In this document: positions 46,677 through 53,813 of the stretch, piece by piece
Position numbering within the stretch: the first letter of the stretch is position 1
How the letters are laid out: every line of letters begins with the position of its first letter
Translations under genes and position numbers: made by a program
Source: Promethearchaeota archaeon
GTDB taxonomy: Archaea; Asgardarchaeota; Lokiarchaeia; Sigyniarchaeales; SOKP01
DNA length: 53,813 nt
Assembly: GCA_016840165.1 (NCBI GenBank)
Contig: JAEOSU010000004.1
Location: forward strand, 1-53,813
Direction: 5' to 3'
Notes under the pieces: generated by a model
What the model was told of the DNA's origin: nothing
The model's database searches: none
Seen by the model: the letters and a program-made list of their open reading frames with translations, nothing else

Positions 46677-47225
46677 TCATTCAAGGTCTGAATTTTCTAT
46701 CATAATACGTGTTATAAATTCAAAAATCTCTTCAACATTCTCTCCAGTTTTTGAAGAACATTCAAAATAGCCATTGAGGTTATATTTACTAGCTAAATCT
46801 TGCGCCTCTTCAGATTCAACGGAACGCTTATTTTGAAGATCAATTTTTCCTGCAACCATTATAATAGGGATCTCAATTTGTTGTTCTGATGTGCTCCTTT
46901 CAAAAATAGATAGCCAATCGTTAATATTTTTAAGACTTGCATACCTCGTGGTATCAAACATAAAAATTCCTCCATCCGCTCCTTTAGCAAAGCTCGGTAA
47001 TAATACTTTAAATCGTTCTTCCCCTGCAAAATCCCAAATTCTTAATCTTGCACTTTTTCCGTCGATAATTAGTTCCTTAATACTGAAATCTGCTCCGATT
47101 GTCATTTTTAAATCCTTATCAAACACTTTAGTAATATAACGTTTAATTAAAGTGGTTTTACCAACTCCACCGTCCCCAAAAAGACAGAGCTTAAATGCGC
47201 CATCACGATCGATAATAATCACCAA
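46677..47225 (-). CDS. Rab/Ras-superfamily small GTPase
   Basis: GDGGVGKT, TIGADF, IWDFAGEERF, GKID, ECSSKTGENVEE.F. Confidence 0.93.
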   Translation of the reverse strand: MVIIIDRDGAFKLCLFGDGGVGKTTLIKRYITKVFDKDLKMTIGADFSIKELIIDGKSARLRIWDFAGEERFKVLLPSFAKGADGGIFMFDTTRYASLKNINDWLSIFERSTSEQQIEIPIIMVAGKIDLQNKRSVESEEAQDLASKYNLNGYFECSSKTGENVEEIFEFITRIMIENSDLE

Positions 47226-47449
47226 TCTTTTTCATTTTATATTTACAATACTATTTTACCAATTTAAAAAAACTCCTTATTAAAAACTTTAACTTAAAAC
47301 ATAATAAACTTAGATCATTACCTAATTACTAAGATATTTAATTAAAGGGTTTATTGTATCTTCTTTTCTTATTTTAAAAAATTTTTAAAACTATAAAAAA
47401 TAACATAAAGAAAGAAAATACAAAATATCACATAAAAAGAATTAAAATC

Positions 47450-49081
47450 ATGTCAGATCAAAAGATCTATTATAAAGATTGGCCTGAGAATGTCCCAAAA
47501 ACTATAGACATTCCAGAAAATACTCTAGTAGATTTTCTTGAAGATAGCGTTAAAAAATATCCTAATCATATAATTACCAATTTCATGGGGTTTCAACTTA
47601 CATACACTCAATTGCAGGATATAGTATATCGAACTGCTACTAAACTTACTGAACTCGGATTAAGAAAAGGAGAGACTGTTGCACTTCAGTTCACAAATAA
47701 CCCAGCCTATATATCCTATTACTATGGTGTTCTTAAAGCGGGAGGAGTTGTGACCAACTTATCTCCGTTATTTAAGAGCTTAGAAGTTAAAAGACAATTG
47801 AATGATAGCGATGCAAAAATATACATCGGATGGGAGGGTTTTAATGGTATAGTAGAACCTATTATTCAAGAAACGGATGTACAGCATAAATTTTATAGTA
47901 ATTTAGGGCCTTATCTAGCTCCTGATCCCATGGCACCTCCAGAATACCCAATGGGAGGGGAGCCTACTTTTGAAGATATTATAAGGGAAACAAGTCCAGA
48001 TCCCCCTCAATTGAATCTAGATCCTGAAGATATCGCTATGTTACAATATACGGGTGGAACTACTGGATTCCCTAAGGGTGCAATGCTAACTCATCGAAAT
48101 ATAGTAGCAAACGTATATCAGATTAAAACATGGCTTGCTGGTATTAGAGAAGGGGAAGAGACCTTTCTTGCTGTATTACCCTTCTATCACATCTATATGT
48201 GCTTTGTAATGAACGCAGTAGTTCATATGGGAAATACTCTTACTTGCGTGTTTAATCCTCGCGAAACTCATGAAGTAATAGAAGCCATTGAATCCACAAA
48301 AGTAACTATTTTTCCTGGAATTGCTCCTTTATTTAACAATATAAATAATTATGAGGGCATTGAAAAGCATGACTTATCAAGTATTAATTTCTGTTTTAGT
48401 GGAGCTGCGCCTCTTCCTGATGATGTAAGAACACAATTCGAAAAACTCTCAGGTGCAAAAGTTCGAGAGGTCTATGGATTGACTGAAATGTCTCCCGCTG
48501 TTACAGCGAACACATTTGGTGATAATTTTAAATCTGGAACTGCAGGAATGCCATTACCTAATACTGATGTTAAAATAGTAGGAGATAATGGAGAAATTCT
48601 TGGATTAAATGAGGTAGGAGAACTATGGGTTAGAGGTCCACAGATGATGAAGGGATATTATAAAAGACCAAAAGAAACTGCAGATACAATAATCGATGGA
48701 TGGCTTAGAACAGGAGATATGGCTCTAATGGATGATGATGGAAGGATAGTTATCAAAGAACGTTTAAAGGATATGATTAAATATAAAGGTCATTCTGTTT
48801 ATCCAACCGAAGTAGAAGATTTGTTATTTTACAATGAGTCAATAGAAGATTGCGCTGTTGTGGGAATTAGAGATGAGGAGGGTAATGAAAATATCAAAGC
48901 TTTCATTGTATTAAAGGAGAGATTTAAGGGGCAGGTAAGCGAACAAGAAATTATTGATTGGTCGAAAAAGAATATGGGATTTGAAAAATATCCTCGATTT
49001 GTGGAATTTATTGATGAAATCCCTAAAACTATAGTTGGAAAAATCCTACATCGCGAATTAAGAGAAAAAAATTCAGATTAG
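47450..49081 (+). CDS. Long-chain fatty acid--CoA ligase (AMP-forming)
   Basis: YTGGTTGFPKG, SGAAPL, YGLTE, RGPQ.MKGY, TGD, GKI. Confidence 0.92.
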   Translation: MSDQKIYYKDWPENVPKTIDIPENTLVDFLEDSVKKYPNHIITNFMGFQLTYTQLQDIVYRTATKLTELGLRKGETVALQFTNNPAYISYYYGVLKAGGVVTNLSPLFKSLEVKRQLNDSDAKIYIGWEGFNGIVEPIIQETDVQHKFYSNLGPYLAPDPMAPPEYPMGGEPTFEDIIRETSPDPPQLNLDPEDIAMLQYTGGTTGFPKGAMLTHRNIVANVYQIKTWLAGIREGEETFLAVLPFYHIYMCFVMNAVVHMGNTLTCVFNPRETHEVIEAIESTKVTIFPGIAPLFNNINNYEGIEKHDLSSINFCFSGAAPLPDDVRTQFEKLSGAKVREVYGLTEMSPAVTANTFGDNFKSGTAGMPLPNTDVKIVGDNGEILGLNEVGELWVRGPQMMKGYYKRPKETADTIIDGWLRTGDMALMDDDGRIVIKERLKDMIKYKGHSVYPTEVEDLLFYNESIEDCAVVGIRDEEGNENIKAFIVLKERFKGQVSEQEIIDWSKKNMGFEKYPRFVEFIDEIPKTIVGKILHRELREKNSD

Positions 49082-49245
49082 AATTGCCATTTTTATTTTT
49101 TCTTATATAATTCTTCATATTTTCTGTTTTGATATCACTTATTTTCTATTAAAATTTTCTTTCATATCATTAACAATTATTAGTAAATGTAGAGATTGGA
49201 TTATAGGTAATTACCGACACTAATTTATTTCTTTTTTATTATTAT

Positions 49246-49728
49246 ATGATTATGATGATGGAAAAAGCGACATTTGGGGCTGGGTGCTTCTGGGGTGTAG
49301 AAGCACGCTTTAGAAAAGTAGAAGGGGTTATTGATGCTATCTCTGGATACTCTGGTGGTCATACTAAAAATCCAACTTATAAAGAGGTCTGTACTGATAA
49401 AACCGGACATGCCGAAGTAGTACAAGTTACTTATAATCCTTCAATTGTATCGTATGAGGAATTATTAGAAATATTCTGGAATATACATAATCCTACCAGT
49501 CTTAATCGACAAGGATGGGATGTAGGTACGCAGTATCGTTCAGTTGTGTTTTATAATAATGAAGAACAAAAGCAGAAAGCGATACGTTTAAAAGAGAAGC
49601 TAGACAAATCTGGAAAGTATAAAAAACCTATTGTTACAGAAATTGTACCACTTGAAGAATTCTATCGAGCTGAGGAATATCACCAAAGATATCATGAGAA
49701 GCACAATAAATCGGTTAGCCTTTTCTAA
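49246..49728 (+). CDS. msrA: Peptide methionine-S-sulfoxide reductase
   Basis: GCFWG, GYSGG, NPTY.EVC, GHAE, RQG.DVGTQYRS, AEEYHQ. Confidence 0.97.
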   Translation: MIMMMEKATFGAGCFWGVEARFRKVEGVIDAISGYSGGHTKNPTYKEVCTDKTGHAEVVQVTYNPSIVSYEELLEIFWNIHNPTSLNRQGWDVGTQYRSVVFYNNEEQKQKAIRLKEKLDKSGKYKKPIVTEIVPLEEFYRAEEYHQRYHEKHNKSVSLF

Positions 49729-49763
49729 ATTTCTTTTTAGATGTTTTTATTATTTTTTATTTT

Positions 49764-50036
49764 TCACTTTAAGGCTTGAAGTTTAAGTAAAAGTTTATCT
49801 TTATGTCTTTCCCAGATTCGATCAACAGTTTTACGAACTATCTTTTTTGCTACTTTTCTAATAACATACCTGTTCATCATTGGACCAAGTTTACTAAAAA
49901 CCTTTTCAGTAATTAGATTTTTTATTAATTCCTCTAAAGAATCTCCCTTAGAAACTTTATCAAGGAATAAAACAATCGCTTTCTCAACTATCTGATCAAT
50001 TTTTTGTCGTATTTCAGGGTTAATATCCTCAGTCAA
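49764..50036 (-). CDS. Hypothetical helical protein
   Basis: TTG start 6 nt after a GGTGA Shine-Dalgarno; 90 aa. Confidence 0.7.
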   Translation of the reverse strand: MTEDINPEIRQKIDQIVEKAIVLFLDKVSKGDSLEELIKNLITEKVFSKLGPMMNRYVIRKVAKKIVRKTVDRIWERHKDKLLLKLQALK

Positions 50037-50190
50037 ACAATATCACCAGTTAAATTACGAGAATGATAGTATTATCTTAATTATTCTATAAAACCTTATG
50101 CATTTCCAAAATGGAGGTACTTTGAGATAATTTTCCTATCATAACCATTTAATAAACATGCTTATTTGATGAGTTATATTATTAGGTTTT

Positions 50191-51378
50191 ATGTTAAATC
50201 ACAGATTAATTAATCCACCCAAAGAACCAAAACAATTTGTAAATGCTGCTATTGAGTTTTTAAAAAAGTATGCAATGGACAAAAAGGTATTCTGTGCATT
50301 ATCTGGAGGTATTGATAGTTCAACTACTTACTTATTATTAAAAATGACAAAGATTAACGTAGTACCTGTATTTATTGACCATGGATTAATGCGGATTATA
50401 AATGGGAAAGAAGAAAAGGAGAATATTAAAGATATATTTCCTGAAACAGTGATCATCAATATTCGTGATGAATTTCTTCCAAAAATTTATGGTGAAGATG
50501 ATGCAGAAAAGAAAAGACAGCTTTTTAAGAATGCATATTCATCGACTATAAGTAAATTTATAAAAGATAATAATTGTGAGGTATTAGCCGACGGAACGAT
50601 CTTACCTGACATTGAAGAAAGCTTCGGTGTAAAGATTTCTGATTTGAAGGAAACTATGTCTTTAGATGATGAATTAGCTTTGAAAGAAAAACATAAAGCA
50701 GGATTTATCAAAAGTCAGCACAACCTAGAAATTGAATATGAAGTTGAGGCTACAATTCAACCAGTGGCTAGCCTTACTAAGCATGAAATTAGAAATATAT
50801 TAGAATTTCTAAATATGCCCCAAGAACTTATCTATCGAAAAGCCTTTCCCGGTCCCGCACTTGCAGCACGTATTATTGGTCCTGTCACCCCAGAAAATTT
50901 AGATTTTGAGAAGAAAGTTCATGATATCGTGGAAAATTGCATTAATACTTATTATAATGAGAAATATGGAAAAGCCATGATAATAAATGAACAAGGAGAG
51001 CAGGAACCATTCCAAGGTTTTGCAGCAATAGGTGAGGATGTTTTATTAAAGAAGGTTACCGGAATGGTTGAGGGTAGAAGAACTTATGAAATACCTTTAT
51101 CTATCAAAGGGGAATGGGATTTTAAGAAATTAACAACTTTTGCGTCACATTTACAAGGATACGCTCGATTATTATATGAGCTCCATGAGAGCAGGGCAGG
51201 AACTTATGACGTGATAATTCGTAGTGTGAATAGTATAGATGCACGCAAGGCTAGTGTTACCGCCTTACCAATTCATTTACTTGAAGAAATTAAGTTTAAA
51301 TTATTAGAATTAAGTGCTGCAAAGAATATTTATTTTGATATTACCCCTAAACCTCCCGCCACAATTGAATATGTATAA
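50191..51378 (+). CDS. guaAB: GMP synthase ATP-pyrophosphatase subunit B, divergent
   Basis: SGGIDS PP-loop, D.GLMR, GTI.PD..ES, IKSQHN, FPGP.LA.RI.G, DIT.KPPATIE. Confidence 0.88.
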   Translation: MLNHRLINPPKEPKQFVNAAIEFLKKYAMDKKVFCALSGGIDSSTTYLLLKMTKINVVPVFIDHGLMRIINGKEEKENIKDIFPETVIINIRDEFLPKIYGEDDAEKKRQLFKNAYSSTISKFIKDNNCEVLADGTILPDIEESFGVKISDLKETMSLDDELALKEKHKAGFIKSQHNLEIEYEVEATIQPVASLTKHEIRNILEFLNMPQELIYRKAFPGPALAARIIGPVTPENLDFEKKVHDIVENCINTYYNEKYGKAMIINEQGEQEPFQGFAAIGEDVLLKKVTGMVEGRRTYEIPLSIKGEWDFKKLTTFASHLQGYARLLYELHESRAGTYDVIIRSVNSIDARKASVTALPIHLLEEIKFKLLELSAAKNIYFDITPKPPATIEYV

Positions 51379-51617
51379 TTTATTTTGCTTTCATTTTTTG
51401 ATGAAAAAGGAAATAAAAATACAAAATTTTATTATTTTCCATCTTTTTTTAAGGACTTATTATCATTTATCATAAATTGATCTTATGTTAATTATCGATT
51501 TCTTTCATTCAATCTTTAAGGATATCGTTGGAATTCCGTCATACAATAACATAAATGTCGAAAATAGTCATAATTTAAATATCAGTTCTTTTTACTATTG
51601 CATAGGTACGGTTAAAT

Positions 51618-51896
51618 ATGGATACGCCCAATTTCACGTCAGAAATGAAGAAAAAAGCGGAAGAAAATCTTGAGAATATAAAAAAATCCATTCAAGGACT
51701 ACATGAAATTCTCAATATTAACTTTTCCGATGAGGATGCTTACTATAAGTTAGGACAAGATAACTTACTCGGTTTATATGAAAATTTACTTGAATTAATA
51801 TTAAATGAATATGGTTTAAGAAAATTAGTGAAAAAAATCAAGGATTGTGAAGTCGACCTTGATATTACTCTAGATAGTCTTTTTATAGAGAAATAA
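51618..51896 (+). CDS. Hypothetical protein
   Basis: 92-aa helical ORF with ATG start and host-like composition. Confidence 0.65.
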   Translation: MDTPNFTSEMKKKAEENLENIKKSIQGLHEILNINFSDEDAYYKLGQDNLLGLYENLLELILNEYGLRKLVKKIKDCEVDLDITLDSLFIEK

Positions 51897-51999
51897 ATTT
51901 TATTTTTTTCGTGATACACCATTCTCTTTTTATGAATAAAGCGAAATTTGCTCAAATCTTTTTCAATCATCAAGATAAAGTAAAATAAAGAATTAAAAG

Positions 52000-52173
52000 C
52001 TAATGTAAGATTTTCATTGAATTTTTTAACTTTTTAAGCTTTAATTCATAATCTCTGCACTGTTTATAATCGGGAAAATTGCAGAGACTTTGAACTTTTG
52101 GCAAATTACATGATTCTGTGAAGGGACAGGCCAAAATATTAATTTTAAGCTCTCTTTTTGACTCGCTAATCAT
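52000..52173 (-). CDS. Small four-Cys protein, not in the ORF track
   Basis: Manual translation MISESKRELKINILACPFTESCNLPKVQSLCNFPDYKQCRDYELKLKKLKNSMKILH (57 aa; C-x5-C-x8-C-x7-C). Confidence 0.65.
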   Translation of the reverse strand: MISESKRELKINILACPFTESCNLPKVQSLCNFPDYKQCRDYELKLKKLKNSMKILH

Positions 52174-52317
52174 ATTTGCAACAACTTTTGATAATTAATA
52201 AATTTCTTATCAATTTATTATTGTTCGTTACCTCAGTATGAAAAATTTTATAGGAAGTGAGAGATTAGATTTTTCGATTTTCCTAAGTATACTATGAATG
52301 TTATATTACGAAATGGC

Positions 52318-53229
52318 TTATTTGTTAAAATCTTCTACTAATTTTATTAGATCAGCTTTCCTGTATTTTGAAAGTACGTTTATATCGTTTTTAGAGCAAT
52401 AAGCTTTTAGTTCTTTGACGGTCCATTTTGAGTAGTCTATAATTTTTTCTTTCAGAACTTCAGGGGCGGTAGGCTTTAAGAATTCTACCGCTTTTATAAG
52501 ACTGCTGTTGACATCAAAATAGACTCTTATTTTATAATCGTTAAATTCAATCATTTTCTCATTCAATCCTTCAACAGGGCTCCATGATTCCTCGATAACT
52601 ATTTTACCAAAAATTTCAGTTTTAGACTTCACATTACCATAAATGATATTATCACCCAGAATTATATGTTGACGAGCAAATCCTGAAGGAATTTCAGATT
52701 TTAGAATAGTATCTAATCGAGATTTTTGATCTTGAGATAAAATCTTAAACTTGTTAGGCTTTCGTAGTTTATAAGGTTGCTTACCCTTATCAATTTGCTT
52801 AGATCTTTGAGATGTATCAGTTTTCTGAGTAGGTTTTTCCGAGTAGGATGATTTAGGCATTTCTTTAGGCTCTAAAGCCATATCAAGTTTCATGGAAGAA
52901 AAACCAAAAGAATTTAAAAATTCACGTGGTTCATCCCCTTGATCCACAGAAACCACTTTACATCGATGAAAATTTGCAACATTTGCCAATTCATTTTGCA
53001 ATTCAGAGGCAACCCGTGAAGCAATAAACTTTTTTCGAACTGAAGATTGTGCTCCCTTCCATATATATATCCTTCTTAATTCTTCATCAAAAATTAGGAC
53101 TACTTGTTCGGGGAGAAGTACTTTTTTTCCATTTTCTTTTAAAAATATTTCTTTTGTAATATCAATTTGATCCTTTTCCCCTGAATCATGTAACATGAAT
53201 ATCATAAAAGGCTGATAATAAGCATTCAT
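52318..53229 (-). CDS. Gelsolin-domain protein (1DGelX-like) with C-terminal SAP/Rho-N-like helix-extension-helix module
   Basis: 'L.PEQVVLI.DE..RRIYIWKG..SSVRKKFIASR.A...VDQGDEP.EF' gelsolin domain; tail 'DYSKWTVKELKAYC....I.......KADLIKLV'. Confidence 0.85.
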   Translation of the reverse strand: MNAYYQPFMIFMLHDSGEKDQIDITKEIFLKENGKKVLLPEQVVLIFDEELRRIYIWKGAQSSVRKKFIASRVASELQNELANVANFHRCKVVSVDQGDEPREFLNSFGFSSMKLDMALEPKEMPKSSYSEKPTQKTDTSQRSKQIDKGKQPYKLRKPNKFKILSQDQKSRLDTILKSEIPSGFARQHIILGDNIIYGNVKSKTEIFGKIVIEESWSPVEGLNEKMIEFNDYKIRVYFDVNSSLIKAVEFLKPTAPEVLKEKIIDYSKWTVKELKAYCSKNDINVLSKYRKADLIKLVEDFNK

Positions 53230-53409
53230 CTTTATCTAAATTTTTTTTTCTAATTAATTGGTTTTTTTAATTATATTAAAATTTCCTGTAAATTGAATGT
53301 AAGATATAAATTTTAAAGCTTTTAAAATATCAACTCTAAGGCTGATTATAGTAATCTAAATATATAGAAAAATAATAAAAGAAAAATAATTTTAAATTCA
53401 AACTCACAT

Positions 53410-53712
53410 CTAACCTAATCCAATCAATGGTAATGCTTCATCTACAGTTAATAATGGTTCAATTTTAAATCGAGAGCCTTCAACATTGAAATATCCCGTG
53501 AACCTTTTGGTTATTGCTACGAATCCCTCATGAGATTTCGCATCTTCGACCTCATAAATGGAATAAGCCTTTAGTTCTTTATCCAAAACCACAAAGATTT
53601 GGATTCTATTTACAAAATCCGGTAATTCGGGGGCTTCCTTGGATACAAACGCCTGACCAACCTCTTCAGCCTTAGAAGGGGGATACGTAAATGTTACCAT
53701 AAAAAATGCCAT
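53410..53712 (-). CDS. Hypothetical protein, probable ferredoxin-like alpha/beta fold
   Basis: AAGGTGA Shine-Dalgarno upstream; beta-alpha-beta-beta-alpha-beta pattern ending 'EPLLTVDEAL..IGL'. Confidence 0.75.
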   Translation of the reverse strand: MAFFMVTFTYPPSKAEEVGQAFVSKEAPELPDFVNRIQIFVVLDKELKAYSIYEVEDAKSHEGFVAITKRFTGYFNVEGSRFKIEPLLTVDEALPLIGLG

Positions 53713-53813
53713 TAATTTCTCACCTTATCATTTCTTTATTTTAAGATTTTAGTTTAATTTTTTTGATTACTTAATATATTGGTATCTTCTCCTTTTAAAA
53801 TTGTTTGAGAAAG

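Noticed and set aside
51485-51973. ORFs 51485..51673 (+) and 51743..51973 (-)
   Set aside because: They overlap the more protein-like 51618..51896 ORF and lack supporting features
1-53813. tRNA, rRNA, CRISPR arrays, IS elements
   Set aside because: Intergenic regions are short and AT-rich with no GC-rich structured segments or spaced repeats seen by eye; tRNAscan-SE or Infernal would be needed to exclude small RNAs

Overview
AT-rich, gene-dense archaeal chromosomal window, most likely from an Asgard archaeon (Lokiarchaeia-like). The assignment is an inference from archaeal informational genes (Rpo3-eL18-uL13-uS9, aEF1-beta, Sm, RIO2, TrmI, archaeal TrpRS) found together with eukaryotic-signature proteins: an Arf/Rag-like GTPase with a roadblock-like tail, a Rab-like GTPase, two gelsolin-domain proteins and a PP1-like phosphatase. 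Housekeeping and metabolic genes include glyA, aroA, aroC, POR and IOR oxidoreductase subunits, mutS-mutL, msrA, msrB, GMP synthase subunit B, an acyl-CoA ligase and three alpha/beta hydrolases. I saw no rRNA, tRNA, CRISPR array or transposase. Main observations: (1) a gelsolin-like domain fused to a four-helix membrane domain, a candidate actin-membrane anchor; (2) a 1DGelX-like gelsolin with a C-terminal SAP/HeH module, a candidate actin-nucleic acid linker; (3) two genes whose conserved N-termini are reachable only from an AUU codon 6 nt after a Shine-Dalgarno-like site; (4) two small Cys-rich ORFs missing from the ORF track; (5) a lipase / ectodomain-flippase / QW-repeat gene trio with a perfect palindrome in one promoter; (6) a PAS histidine kinase splitting the por operon. 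All family calls come from motifs recognised by eye; no searches were run.
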